DNA of 64,000 bases from an uncultured Solibacteraceae bacterium (GCA_964489685.1 CAZAZR010000001.1:732-64731); one strand, 5' to 3'; counted from the stretch's first letter, positions 29,569 through 38,917 are shown. The notes: generated by a model not told the origin, from the sequence alone. Numbers and translations are program-made.

Positions 29569-30248
29569 AGGAAGAAATACACCCACACGGGGATGAGCGC
29601 GAAGGCGGTCGAGAGGAGCACCGCAAGCCCAAGGCCGCCTGAAAGGATTGTGGATGTCCATCCGGGCGTCATCAGGCCCAGCGACTGGAACGCACTCGAG
29701 ATGCCGTGGCGCAGATGCAGGCCAATGACGGCCATCGACACGACGTAAAAGATCACCAGACCCGGCGACTGGAAGACCTCGACGACGAGGCGGTAGATGT
29801 CGCGCGTGCCTGGGTCAGGCGACGCATAGTAGGCCCCGTATTTCAGCGTGGCGATGTGGATCACCAGGAAGACGAGCAGGCTGATGCCCGACACCGCCAT
29901 GGTCGTCGATCCCCACGACTTGCGGCTGGGGCCACCGGCCCAGACTTTTTTCGTGTACGGCCGGGGGCGAGCGGTGCGGCCCTGCATCACGTGGCGCAGC
30001 GCCCGGTAGATATGGAGCAGCAGGAGGCCGATGAGGCCAAGCTCCGCCGGAATCACCAGTGGATTGGTGATGAGGGCATGACTGTATCCGTTGAACTTCT
30101 CAGGGCCGAGCAGGATGAGCAGATTGCCGGCGAGGTGAGCGACGAGAAATCCCACAAGCGAGAGTCCCGTCAGCGCGACCAGAAATTTCGAACCGACTGA
30201 CGTGCCGAGTGCCTTCAAGGCTTTCAATTCACGTTCTCCACTCCACAT
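29565..30248 (-). CDS. sdhC: Succinate dehydrogenase cytochrome b558 subunit (5-TM type)
   Basis: [32 protein letters not shown] plus further TM helices with conserved His. Operon order is sdhC-A-B. Confidence 0.85.
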
Positions 30249-30264
30249 TCTATCTTTTGATAGA
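30249..30264. promoter_or_regulatory. 16-bp palindrome TCTATCTTTTGATAGA in the 29-bp sdhC/sucC divergent spacer
   Basis: Read directly: tctatc tttt gataga occupies more than half of the space between the ATG of sdhC (30248, minus) and the ATG of sucC (30278, plus). Confidence 0.3.
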
Positions 30265-30277
30265 CTTTCTGTCCCGT

Positions 30278-31447
30278 ATGAAGATTCACGAGTACCAAGG
30301 CAAATCCATCCTCGCGCGTCACGGCGTTGCTGTGCCTCGCGGCTTCGTGGCGTTCACGGCTGATGAGGCGCGCGCACATGCGGAAGCCCTCGGCGGCGGC
30401 ACGGTGGTCGTCAAGGCCCAGATTCACGCCGGGGGCCGTGGCAAGGGCGGCGGCGTCAAGGTGGTCAAGAACCCCGATGCCGCGCATGCGGCCGCATCGG
30501 CCATCCTGGGGATGACACTCGTCACCTATCAGACAAGTCCGGCCGGGCAGGTGGTGTCGCGGGTGCTGGTGGAAGAAGGCCTGCAGATGACGCGCGAAAT
30601 GTACCTGGGGCTGGTCATCGATCGGTCGACGCAGAAGAGCGTCCTGATGGTGAGCCAGGAAGGCGGCGTGGAGATCGAGAAAGTGGCCCACGAAACGCCC
30701 GAGAAGATTTTCAAGGCGTTTATCGACCCGGCGCTGGGACTGCAGCCGTTTCAGGCGCGGCAACTGGCGTTCAAGCTGGGCCTGTCGGGCGACGAAGTCA
30801 AGAAGGCCGTCACACTGATGCTGTCGGTGTACGAGGCGTTTGTGGCCAGTGACGCGGCCCTGCTCGAGATCAACCCTCTGGTGGTGACCGCGGCCGGCGA
30901 CCTCATCGCGCTCGACGCCAAGGTGAACTTCGACGACAACGCGTTGTACCGGCACCCCGACATCAAGGCGTTCCGCGACCTCGCCGAAGAGGACCCGCTC
31001 GAAATCGACGCGTCGAAGTTCTCGCTCAACTACATCAAACTGGACGGCACCATCGGGTGCATGGTGAACGGCGCCGGCCTGGCGATGGCCACCATGGACA
31101 TCATCAAGCTGGCGGGCGGGGAGCCGGCCAACTTCCTGGATGTGGGCGGCGGCGCCAACGCCGAGCAAATCAAGAACGCCTTCCGCATCCTGATGTCGGA
31201 TACCAGCGTCAAGGCCGTGCTCATCAACATCTTCGGCGGCATCCTGCGGTGTGATGTGCTGGCGCAGGGCGTGATCGCCGCGGTGCAGGACCTGGGCGTG
31301 CGGGTGCCGATTGTCATCCGCATGGAAGGCACCAACGTCGAGCTGGGCAAGCAGATGCTCAAGGACAGCGGCCTCAACTTCACAACCGCCGACGCCATGG
31401 ACATCGCTGCGGCTAAAGTTGTCGAACTGGGGAAATTAGGAAATTAG
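30278..31447 (+). CDS. sucC: Succinyl-CoA synthetase beta subunit
   Basis: [22 protein letters not shown] ... ATP-grasp and ligase-CoA domains. The start is trimmed from ORF 30209. Confidence 0.95.
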   Translation: MKIHEYQGKSILARHGVAVPRGFVAFTADEARAHAEALGGGTVVVKAQIHAGGRGKGGGVKVVKNPDAAHAAASAILGMTLVTYQTSPAGQVVSRVLVEEGLQMTREMYLGLVIDRSTQKSVLMVSQEGGVEIEKVAHETPEKIFKAFIDPALGLQPFQARQLAFKLGLSGDEVKKAVTLMLSVYEAFVASDAALLEINPLVVTAAGDLIALDAKVNFDDNALYRHPDIKAFRDLAEEDPLEIDASKFSLNYIKLDGTIGCMVNGAGLAMATMDIIKLAGGEPANFLDVGGGANAEQIKNAFRILMSDTSVKAVLINIFGGILRCDVLAQGVIAAVQDLGVRVPIVIRMEGTNVELGKQMLKDSGLNFTTADAMDIAAAKVVELGKLGN

Positions 31448-31450
31448 GAA

Positions 31451-32320
31451 ATGTCTGTACTGATTGATAAGTCGACGCGTCTGGTGGTGCAGGGGCTGAC
31501 GGGCCGCGAGGGAACGTTTCACGCCAAGCAGGCCCAGGCCTATGGCACGAACGTGGTGGGAGGCGTGACGCCCGGCAAGGGCGGCACCACGCATGAGGGC
31601 TGGCCGGTGTTCAACACGGTGGCCGATGCGGTGGCGGCCACCGGCGCCAATGCGTCGGTCATCTTTGTGCCGCCTCCCGGCGGTGCCGACGCGGTCATGG
31701 AGGCTGCCGATGCCGGACTGGCGCTGGCCGTCTGCATCACCGAGGGCATCCCGACGCTGGACATGATGAAGGCGCTGGCCTTCATGAAGGGCACCGGGAT
31801 GCGTCTCATCGGGCCGAACTGCCCGGGTCTGATTTCGGCCGGCCGGGCCAAGGCCGGCATCATCCCCGGCCACATCTGCAAGGAAGGCCGGGTGGGCATC
31901 GTGTCGAAGTCGGGCACGCTGACCTACGAGGCCATTCACCAGTTGACCGGCAACGGCCTGGGGCAGACCACCTGTATCGGCATTGGCGGCGACCCGCTCA
32001 TCGGCACCTCGTTCATCGACGCGCTCACGTTGTTTGCGGCCGACCCCGAGACCGAAGCCGTGGTGATGATTGGCGAAATTGGCGGCTCGGCTGAAGAAGA
32101 GGCCGCGGCCTACATCAAGGCGTCGTTCAAGAAACCCGTGGTGGGCTTCATCGCCGGCCAGACGGCCCCCCCGGGGCGCCGGATGGGGCACGCCGGCGCC
32201 ATCATCGCCGGAGGCAAGGGCACCGCGGCCGAGAAGATGGCCGCCCTCACCGACGCCGGCGTGCGCGTGGTCAACAGCCCCGCCGACATTGGAAGGGCGA
32301 TGGCGGAACTGATCGGGTAA
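31451..32320 (+). CDS. sucD: Succinyl-CoA synthetase alpha subunit
   Basis: [27 protein letters not shown] ... SRSGTLTYE-like [11 protein letters not shown] ... MGHAGAII (phosphohistidine loop). Confidence 0.95.
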   Translation: MSVLIDKSTRLVVQGLTGREGTFHAKQAQAYGTNVVGGVTPGKGGTTHEGWPVFNTVADAVAATGANASVIFVPPPGGADAVMEAADAGLALAVCITEGIPTLDMMKALAFMKGTGMRLIGPNCPGLISAGRAKAGIIPGHICKEGRVGIVSKSGTLTYEAIHQLTGNGLGQTTCIGIGGDPLIGTSFIDALTLFAADPETEAVVMIGEIGGSAEEEAAAYIKASFKKPVVGFIAGQTAPPGRRMGHAGAIIAGGKGTAAEKMAALTDAGVRVVNSPADIGRAMAELIG

Positions 32321-32361
32321 GGGCTTCTCAGGGTGCGGAGGGCGTCTTGGGATGCGGAAGC

Positions 32362-32445
32362 GGGGACGGGTGTGGATCTGTGGGAAACTCCGGGAACTCT
32401 GATCGCGATGTTCCGGGAGTTTTCCACAGATCCACACCCGTCCCC
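32362..32445. repeat. 84-nt palindromic (hairpin) repeat element, intergenic copy
   Basis: Left arm ggggacgggtgtggatctgtgggaaactccgggaac (32362-32397), a 12-nt loop, and right arm gttccgggagttttccacagatccacacccgtcccc (32410-32445). About 34 of 36 positions pair. A sibling copy lies at 59349-59435. Confidence 0.85.
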
Positions 32446-32461
32446 TTATACTTACTAGATT

Positions 32462-34300
32462 ATGTCCTCGCCGTCCGCCACGGCCGCACCGGCCGAGTCT
32501 CCTGCCTCCCAACTCGTCGTCAATAACTTCAGCATTTCAGTCGCCACCGTCAACGGGTCTGGCAGTCAGACGGCCAACCAGGTGCTGCTGCGCGCCATCT
32601 TCCAGATGGGCGTGCCGATTTCAGGCAAGAACATGTTCCCGTCGAACATCGCGGGACTTCCGACGTGGTACACCATTCGTGCGAATGCCAAGGGCTACAT
32701 CGCCCGCAAGAAGGAAATCGATTTCCTGGTCGCGATGAATGCCGAAACGGCGCGCGAAGACGTCCTGTCGCTCGACCCGGGTCGGGCGGTGGTCTACGAC
32801 GCGCCACTGAAGCTCAATGAACTGCGCGACGACCTGATGTTTTATCCCGTCCCGTTCGACAAGATCGTCGCCGAGGTGTGTCCGGACGCCAAGCTCCGGC
32901 GCCTGGTCAAGAACATGATCTACGACGGCATCCTGTCGCACCTGCTCGGTGTGGAGCTGAGCGAAATGGTGAAGGCCCTGTCATCGCAGCTCGGCAAGAA
33001 GCCGAAGGCGATGGCGCTCAACCAGGGCGCGCTCGAAGCCGGCGCGACGTACGCCCAGGAACACTTCCCGGAGATCACGCATCCGTACCGGATTGAGCGG
33101 ATGAACGGCACCGCAGGACAGATCCTGGTGGAAGGCAATTCGGCTGCGGCGATGGGCTGCATGTTCGCCGGCTGTACCGTGGTCGCGTGGTATCCCATCA
33201 CGCCCTCGTCGTCGTTGCCTGAGGCGTTGATTGGATACATGCGCAAATACCGCATGGATAAGGAGACCGGCAAGGCGACGTTTGCCATCGTGCAGGCCGA
33301 AGATGAAATTGCGGCGCTCGGCATGGTGATTGGCGCGAGCTGGGCGGGCGCTCGGGCGATGACGTCCACGTCGGGGCCCGGTATTTCATTGATGTCGGAG
33401 TTCGCGGGCCTGGCGTATTACGCCGAGGTGCCGGCCGTGGTGTTTGACATTCAGCGCGTGGGCCCTTCTACCGGTTTGCCTACGCGCACGGCGCAGGGCG
33501 ACATCCTCTTTGCCGCGATCAACTCCCACGGCGACACCAAACACGTCCTGCTGCTTCCGTCGTCCATGACCGAGTGCTTCGATATGGCCGCCGACGCGTT
33601 TGACTTGTCCGAGCGCCTCCAGAGCATCGTGTTTGTGATGAGCGACCTGGATCTGGGCATGAACACCTGGATGTCGGAGCCGTTCATCTATCCCGCCAAG
33701 CCGCTGGATCGCGGCAAAGTGCTCGACGAGGCGAAGGTGCGCGAATTGGGCGCCACGTGGGGCCGCTACAAGGACGTGGATGGCGACGGGATCCCCTGGC
33801 GCTCATTACCCGATACGAACACGCCGCCGTTTTTTACACGTGGGTCGGGCCACAACGCGATGGCGCAGTATTCAGAGCGCGCCGAAGACTACGTGACCAA
33901 CCTGGATCGCCTCGCGAAGAAATTCGAGACGGCCAAGGGCCTGGTGCCGCAGCCGGTGGATGAAACGGTGCCTGGCGCCACAGTCGGCATCATTGCCTAC
34001 GGGTCCAGTCACTGGGCGGTGGAAGAGGCGCGCGACCAGTTGCGTGAGGAGGCGTCACTGCCGGTCTCGTACCTGCGGCTGCGCGCGTATCCATTCCCCG
34101 ACGCAGTGGAAGACTTCGTGCGCCGCCACGACCGGGTGTATGTGGTGGAGCAGAACCGTGACGCGCAGATGATGAGCCTGCTGCGCATGGACCTTGCCCC
34201 GGCCCTGCAGACGCGGTTGCGAAGCGTGCTGCACTACAGCGGTTTGCCGATCGACGCCCGCAGCGTCACCCAGAACATCCTCGCGCAGGAGAACTCGTAA
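32462..34300 (+). CDS. korA: 2-oxoglutarate/2-oxoacid:ferredoxin oxidoreductase alpha subunit
   Basis: FSISVATVNGSGSQTANQVLLRAIFQMGVPISGKNMFPSNIAGLPTWY, then the PFOR domain I pattern GNSAAAMGCMFAGCTVVAWYPITPSS. Confidence 0.9.
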   Translation: MSSPSATAAPAESPASQLVVNNFSISVATVNGSGSQTANQVLLRAIFQMGVPISGKNMFPSNIAGLPTWYTIRANAKGYIARKKEIDFLVAMNAETAREDVLSLDPGRAVVYDAPLKLNELRDDLMFYPVPFDKIVAEVCPDAKLRRLVKNMIYDGILSHLLGVELSEMVKALSSQLGKKPKAMALNQGALEAGATYAQEHFPEITHPYRIERMNGTAGQILVEGNSAAAMGCMFAGCTVVAWYPITPSSSLPEALIGYMRKYRMDKETGKATFAIVQAEDEIAALGMVIGASWAGARAMTSTSGPGISLMSEFAGLAYYAEVPAVVFDIQRVGPSTGLPTRTAQGDILFAAINSHGDTKHVLLLPSSMTECFDMAADAFDLSERLQSIVFVMSDLDLGMNTWMSEPFIYPAKPLDRGKVLDEAKVRELGATWGRYKDVDGDGIPWRSLPDTNTPPFFTRGSGHNAMAQYSERAEDYVTNLDRLAKKFETAKGLVPQPVDETVPGATVGIIAYGSSHWAVEEARDQLREEASLPVSYLRLRAYPFPDAVEDFVRRHDRVYVVEQNRDAQMMSLLRMDLAPALQTRLRSVLHYSGLPIDARSVTQNILAQENS

Positions 34301-35358
34301 TGTCGACCGACACGCCCAGCCCCACGCCCGCCCCGGCCGCGAAGAAGACCAATCGCCTCGGCCTTGAACTCACCACGTACCGTGGCAGCAAGACCACGCT
34401 CTGCGCCGGATGCGGCCACAACGCCATCACCGAGCGCATCATCGACGCCTTCTACGAAATGGGTGTGGATGCGAAGAAGGTCTTCAAGCTGTCGGGTATC
34501 GGCTGCTCGAGCAAGAGCCCGGCGTACTTCCTGAACGCATCGCATGGGTTCAACTCCGTGCATGGCCGCATGCCGTCGGTGGCCACCGGCGCGATGCTCG
34601 CGAACAAGACCATGATGGCCATCGGCGTGAGCGGCGACGGCGACACCGGGGCGATCGGCATCGGTCAGTTCGTGCACCTGATGCGCCGCAACCTGCCCAT
34701 CATCTACATCATCGAAGACAACGGCTGTTATGGCCTGACCAAAGGCCAGTTCTCCCCGACGGCCGACATGGGCTCCAAGGCGAAAAACGGCGTGGTCAAC
34801 GACCTGCCGCCGATTGATACGTGCGCGCTGGCCATCGAACTGGGCGCCACCTTTGTGGCGCGGTCGTTCTCGGGCGACAAGAAGCAGTTGCTCAGCATCC
34901 TGAAGGCGGCCATCGCCCACCGAGGCACCTGCATGATCGACGTGATTTCACCGTGTGTGACGTTCAACGACCACGAGGGCTCCACCAAGAGCTACGCGTA
35001 CGCGAAGGACCATGACGAGGCCCTCGGCGAGGTCACGTTCGTGCCGTTCTTCGAGGACATCACCGTGGAGTACGAGCCCGGCTCGACCACTGCGGTGACG
35101 ATGCATGATGGGTCGCATTTGTATTTGAAGAAGATCGCGGAAGATTACGACCCGCAGGACAAACTCTCCGCGCATCGGCTGCTGCACGAAACCGCGCGGC
35201 GGGGCGAGTTCGCCACCGGCGTCATCTATGTGGAGCCTGACAAGGACGACTTCCTGACCGCGCTCAACACCGTGGACGAGCCGCTCGCGTTCCTGCCGAC
35301 CGCCAGGACACGGCCGTCCAAGGCCGTGTTGGACGAGCTCATGAAGGGGTTGATGTAG
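34300..35358 (+). CDS. korB: 2-oxoglutarate/2-oxoacid:ferredoxin oxidoreductase beta subunit (TPP-binding)
   Basis: CAGCGHNAI ... SGDGDTGAIGIGQFVH (TPP GDG motif). The start overlaps the korA stop. Confidence 0.9.
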   Translation: MSTDTPSPTPAPAAKKTNRLGLELTTYRGSKTTLCAGCGHNAITERIIDAFYEMGVDAKKVFKLSGIGCSSKSPAYFLNASHGFNSVHGRMPSVATGAMLANKTMMAIGVSGDGDTGAIGIGQFVHLMRRNLPIIYIIEDNGCYGLTKGQFSPTADMGSKAKNGVVNDLPPIDTCALAIELGATFVARSFSGDKKQLLSILKAAIAHRGTCMIDVISPCVTFNDHEGSTKSYAYAKDHDEALGEVTFVPFFEDITVEYEPGSTTAVTMHDGSHLYLKKIAEDYDPQDKLSAHRLLHETARRGEFATGVIYVEPDKDDFLTALNTVDEPLAFLPTARTRPSKAVLDELMKGLM

Positions 35359-35412
35359 GGATCGGGGTCCAGGACCCCAGGACCCCGACACGTAAGATAG
35401 AATTCGCCAGAT

Positions 35413-35826
35413 ATGACTGAGAGAACGTTCGCCATCATCAAGCCCGACGCCGTGAAGGCGGGGTATACCGGCCGCATCCTGGCCCGCATCGAAGAACAGG
35501 GATTTGGCATCCGCGGCATGCGCCGGATTCATCTGAGCAAACGCGAAGCCGAAGGGTTTTACGCCGTCCACGGCGCGCGACCGTTTTTCGGCAGCCTGAC
35601 CGACTTCATGTCGTCGGGCCCCTGTGTGGTGTTGTGCCTCGAGGCTCCCGACGCCATCCTGAAATGGCGCGCGGCTATGGGCGCCACAGACCCGGCGAAG
35701 GCCGAGGCCGGCACCCTGCGTAAGGAGTTCGGCGCGTCGATTGAAAACAACGCGACGCACGGCTCGGACGCCCCCGAGACAGCGGCGTTCGAACTCGGCT
35801 ACTTCTTTCGCGGACTCGACCTGTGA
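35413..35826 (+). CDS. ndk: Nucleoside diphosphate kinase
   Basis: [14 protein letters not shown] ... [12 protein letters not shown] (active-site His). Confidence 0.95.
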   Translation: MTERTFAIIKPDAVKAGYTGRILARIEEQGFGIRGMRRIHLSKREAEGFYAVHGARPFFGSLTDFMSSGPCVVLCLEAPDAILKWRAAMGATDPAKAEAGTLRKEFGASIENNATHGSDAPETAAFELGYFFRGLDL

Positions 35827-36377
35827 GCATCAAGTCGGATCGCTGGATCCGTCAGATGTCGCGCGACCACGGCATGATCGAGCCGTTTGTCGACACTCAG
35901 GTGAGCGCGGGGGTCGTCTCCTACGGGTTGTCGTCGTACGGCTACGACATTCGCGTGGCCGACGAGTTCAAGGTGTTCACCAACATCAACAACACGGTGA
36001 TCGACCCGAAGGCGTTCGACCCGCGGTCGTTTGTGGATATCCGGGCCGACGTCTGCATCGTGCCGCCGAACTCGTTCGCGTTGGCGCGCACCATCGAGTA
36101 TTTCCGCATCCCGCGCGACATCCTGACCATCTGCCTCGGCAAGTCCACCTACGCCCGCTGCGGCATCATCGTCAATGTGACGCCATTCGAGCCCGAGTGG
36201 GAAGGGTTCGTGACACTCGAAATTTCGAACACGACCCCGTTGCCGGCAAAGATCTATGCGAACGAGGGTATCGCGCAGGTCCTGTTTTTCCAGAGCGACG
36301 AAGTGTGTGAGCGCTCCTACGCCGACAAAAAGGGCAAGTACCTCAAGCAGACCGGCGTGACCCTGCCGAAGATTTAG
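35823..36377 (+). CDS. dcd: dCTP deaminase
   Basis: [12 protein letters not shown]...GMIEPF ... SYGYDIRV ... [10 protein letters not shown] ... [15 protein letters not shown]. Confidence 0.95.
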   Translation: MSIKSDRWIRQMSRDHGMIEPFVDTQVSAGVVSYGLSSYGYDIRVADEFKVFTNINNTVIDPKAFDPRSFVDIRADVCIVPPNSFALARTIEYFRIPRDILTICLGKSTYARCGIIVNVTPFEPEWEGFVTLEISNTTPLPAKIYANEGIAQVLFFQSDEVCERSYADKKGKYLKQTGVTLPKI

Positions 36378-36447
36378 GAACTTAGGAACGCAGTGCTGTG
36401 CTGTTGGGGACAGCGATTCTGACGTCGCGGGCGCCAAAATCGTCTCC

Positions 36448-36669
36448 ATGAAAACAGGATCTCTTGTTGGCGTGGTGTTGATTGTGCTCGGCCTTTTGGC
36501 GTTGGCGTATCAGGGCTTCTCCTACACGAGCCGCGAGAAGGTTCTTGATATCGGGCCGCTTGAGGCGCACGCCGATACCGAGAAGACGGTGGCGATTCCG
36601 CCCATCGCCGCAGGCGCGGCCGTGCTCGTGGGTCTCGTGCTGGTCGTGGCCGGACGTAAATCAGGCTAG
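36448..36669 (+). CDS. Small two-TM membrane protein (DUF3185-like)
   Basis: MKTGSLVGVVLIVLGLLALAYQGFSYTSREKVLDIGPLEAHADTEKTVAIPPIAAGAAVLVGLVLVVAGRKSG. The pattern G-G/Q-F-S-Y-T...IP...G matches my recollection of DUF3185. Confidence 0.65.
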   Translation: MKTGSLVGVVLIVLGLLALAYQGFSYTSREKVLDIGPLEAHADTEKTVAIPPIAAGAAVLVGLVLVVAGRKSG

Positions 36670-36743
36670 CGGCCGTCCGTAGCGCGGCCGCCGTCCGTAG
36701 CGCGGCCGCCGTCCGTAGCGCGGCCGCCGTCCGTAGCGCGGCC
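36667..36743. repeat. 18-bp tandem repeat (gtccgtagcgcggccgcc), about 4.3 copies
   Basis: Read directly: three perfect units at 36675-36728, a partial unit on each side, beginning at the stop codon of the upstream small gene. Confidence 0.9.
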
Positions 36744-36745
36744 TG

Positions 36746-36781
36746 GGTCTCAAGGCCGCGGCGACCCGCGGCCTTGGGACC
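36746..36781 (+). terminator. GC-rich 16-bp-stem hairpin without a U-tract (possible terminator or RNA stabiliser)
   Basis: ggtctcaaggccgcgg cgac ccgcggccttgggacc, with one G-U position. No T-run follows. Confidence 0.4.
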
Positions 36782-36814
36782 TGGGCCGCACTTCCGCGTG
36801 TACGCCGCTCCCCC

Positions 36815-38917
36815 GTGAGACACTGCCTTCTTGTGCTGATCCCCTCACTCTGGCGCGGCGGCGTCATTGCGGCCGCCATCGTGATCGCAGGCGGTGCGGC
36901 GATCGCGTCGGCGGCCGAGCCTGGGCCGTCGGCCGGGCAGGCGTTGCTTGACGTGCCCTACGTGACTCAGACACCCGAATTGTGCGGCGGCGCGGCGGTC
37001 GCCATGGTGTTGCGTTATTGGGGGCAACGCGAGGTGTTCGCCGAAGACTTCGCCGCACTCGTCGTCCCCAGCGAGCGTGGCATTCCCACGGGTGCCCTTG
37101 TGGCGGCCGTCCGCGACCGCGCATGGCAGGCCGTGGTGTTGCCGGTCACTGATGATACGGGTCACGCGCGCATTCGCACCGAGGTGGCCCAGGGGCGTCC
37201 GCTCATCGCCTTGATCGAAGTCGCGCCCCGCACCTACCACTACGTCGTCATCGTCGGCGCCACCGGTGATCAGGTGGTGTTGCATGACCCCGCACGGGCG
37301 CCGTTTCGGGTGTTGACGTGGGCAGAGTTCGACCGCGCGTGGGCGGTCACGAATCGCTGGAGCATGCTGATCCTGCCGCCAGAGGCCGGTCGTCTGCTTT
37401 CGCCGCCGGTCACGGTCAAGCCCGCCATACCCGGCCCTGAGGGTCCAGTGACTCCCTGTGACGGGCTCGTCGCGCGCGGCGTGACCCTGGCGCGTGGCGG
37501 TGAGGGTGCGGCGGCCGAGCAGGCACTTGTGGCGGCCACCACCATGTGTCCGAAGAATCCCGTCGCATGGCAGGAACTGGCGGGATGGCGATTCTCCGAG
37601 TCACGGTGGGCCGAGAGCGAGCGTTTTGCGAGCATGGCTGTGCGGCTGGCGCCCACTGACGAGTACGCGCGTCGGCTCCTCGGTACCAGCCGGTATCTGC
37701 TTGGGGATGAGGTCGGCGCTCTGACCGCGTGGACGCCTCTTGGTGAGCCGCGTATCGATGCGATCGACGTGCGGGGCGCCGAGCGCACCCGCCACCCCGT
37801 GGTGGTGAGAGCCACAGGGTTGCAGCCACGTCAACTGCTGACGGCCGACGTGTTCGAGCGTGCGCGGCGGAGACTGGACGCACTGCCGGTTGCCTCGCGT
37901 GCGCGCCTTCAATATGAACCGCTCGATGCCGGCCTGGCCAAAGTCGATGCGGTCATTGCGGAGCGGCCAGTGGTGCCGTGGGGATGGCGGCCGCTGGCCA
38001 CCATCGGCATTCGCGCCGCGGTCAGTCGCGAAGTGCGCGTGGACGTGGCGGGCGCACTGGGAGCCGGCGAATTGGCGGCCTTCTCGTGGCGATGGCGATC
38101 GGCGCGGCCGCGTGTCGCCTTCAGTCTGGCGGTGCCGTCCCCCCACTGGATTCCCGGCGTCGTGTCGGTGACGGGCTTGTGGGAGCGCCAGTCGTACCAG
38201 ACGCCCGCGACGACGGCCGCGGCCGCGGAGCCGCTGGTGGAACGGCGCCGTCGTGCCGGCGTGTCGATGGCTGATTGGGCCACGAGCCGGATCCGGTGGC
38301 ATGGCGGCATCGCGATGGATCGCTTTGACTCGCGTGGCCATGTGGCGCTGGATGGCGGCCTTGAGTTCCGCCTGGCCGGTGATCACGTGGCGCTTGGCAT
38401 GCTGGGCGGCGGTTGGGTCCCGCTCTCGGGCGGCGATCCATTTGCGTCAGGGCGTGTGCGAGCCGCGTGGCGATCGACGATGGAGTTGCATGCGCCCTTG
38501 TGGACGGGCAGCGTGGCGCTTGCGAGTGCGGGGCGGTCGGCGCCGCTGGCGCTGTGGGAAGGGGCCGGCGGCGGGCATGCCCGTTCGGGCCTGCTCCGCG
38601 CCCATCGTCTGCTCACAGACGATGTGGTGACGGGGGAGGCGTTTGGGCGCACGTTTGCGTATGGCACCACGGAGTATGCGCGGCCGGTGGGCCGTGTGAT
38701 GGCTGGTGCCATTGCGGTCGCGGGTTTTGTGGATGTGGCTCGGACCTGGCATCGCCTGAGCACGTCGGACCGATCGGCGCTTCTGGTGGACGCGGGCGCG
38801 GGAGTGAGAATCAGCACGGCGGGCCGCACGGAAGTGTTACGGATCGATGTGGCGCAGGGGCTTCGTGGTGGAGGCACCAGGGTGTCGGTCACATGGGGAC
38901 GCGCCTGGCCGTGGTGA
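36815..38917 (+). CDS. Fusion protein: C39-like (PA2778-type) cysteine peptidase - TPR - POTRA - Omp85/surface-antigen beta-barrel
   Basis: N-terminal hydrophobic segment. Peptidase motifs VPYVTQTPELCGGAAVAMVLRYWG (Gln/Cys) and YHYVVIVGATGDQVVLHDP (His/Asp). TPR-like helices (aa ~215-300). POTRA-like IDAIDVRGAERTRHPVVVRATGLQPRQLLT...ARLQYEPLDAGLAKVDAVIAERP. Barrel motifs GFVDVARTW and GVRISTAGRTEVLRIDVAQGL...VTWGRAWPW (aromatic C-terminus). Confidence 0.75.
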   Translation: MRHCLLVLIPSLWRGGVIAAAIVIAGGAAIASAAEPGPSAGQALLDVPYVTQTPELCGGAAVAMVLRYWGQREVFAEDFAALVVPSERGIPTGALVAAVRDRAWQAVVLPVTDDTGHARIRTEVAQGRPLIALIEVAPRTYHYVVIVGATGDQVVLHDPARAPFRVLTWAEFDRAWAVTNRWSMLILPPEAGRLLSPPVTVKPAIPGPEGPVTPCDGLVARGVTLARGGEGAAAEQALVAATTMCPKNPVAWQELAGWRFSESRWAESERFASMAVRLAPTDEYARRLLGTSRYLLGDEVGALTAWTPLGEPRIDAIDVRGAERTRHPVVVRATGLQPRQLLTADVFERARRRLDALPVASRARLQYEPLDAGLAKVDAVIAERPVVPWGWRPLATIGIRAAVSREVRVDVAGALGAGELAAFSWRWRSARPRVAFSLAVPSPHWIPGVVSVTGLWERQSYQTPATTAAAAEPLVERRRRAGVSMADWATSRIRWHGGIAMDRFDSRGHVALDGGLEFRLAGDHVALGMLGGGWVPLSGGDPFASGRVRAAWRSTMELHAPLWTGSVALASAGRSAPLALWEGAGGGHARSGLLRAHRLLTDDVVTGEAFGRTFAYGTTEYARPVGRVMAGAIAVAGFVDVARTWHRLSTSDRSALLVDAGAGVRISTAGRTEVLRIDVAQGLRGGGTRVSVTWGRAWPW

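Noticed and set aside
29569-29661. N-terminal extensions of sdhA (to 29661), sucC (from 30209), the carbamoyltransferase (to 26889) and the cytidylyltransferase (to 3263) in the ORF track.
   Set aside because: Internal start codons give canonical N-termini (MTLDPNIP..., MKIHEYQGK..., MMKRVHILG..., MTPDTRPEVLALIPARGG) and 4-nt overlaps with neighbours. The extensions overlap adjacent genes and lack family similarity.
31436-31450. The motif TTAGGAAnTTAGGAA at the sucC stop (31436-31450) and again at the dcd stop (36374-36388).
   Set aside because: A 14/15 match of this length is expected by chance many times in 64 kb. At sucC it is explained by a stop codon plus an AGGAA Shine-Dalgarno sequence for sucD. 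There is no further support for a shared regulatory role.
35363-35387. A hairpin (cggggtcc aggacccca ggaccccg) after korB, considered as a terminator.
   Set aside because: It has only an 8-bp stem, alternative pairings, and no U-tract, which is too weak to annotate with confidence.
36667-36743. The tandem repeat considered as a possible CRISPR array.
   Set aside because: The units are contiguous with no spacers, are only 18 bp long, and no cas genes are present.
36374-36823. A minus-strand 149-aa ORF encoding repeated AALRTAA units.
   Set aside because: The repeat is simply the reverse translation of the 18-bp intergenic tandem array. The ORF also overlaps the well-formed DUF3185-like gene on the opposite strand.
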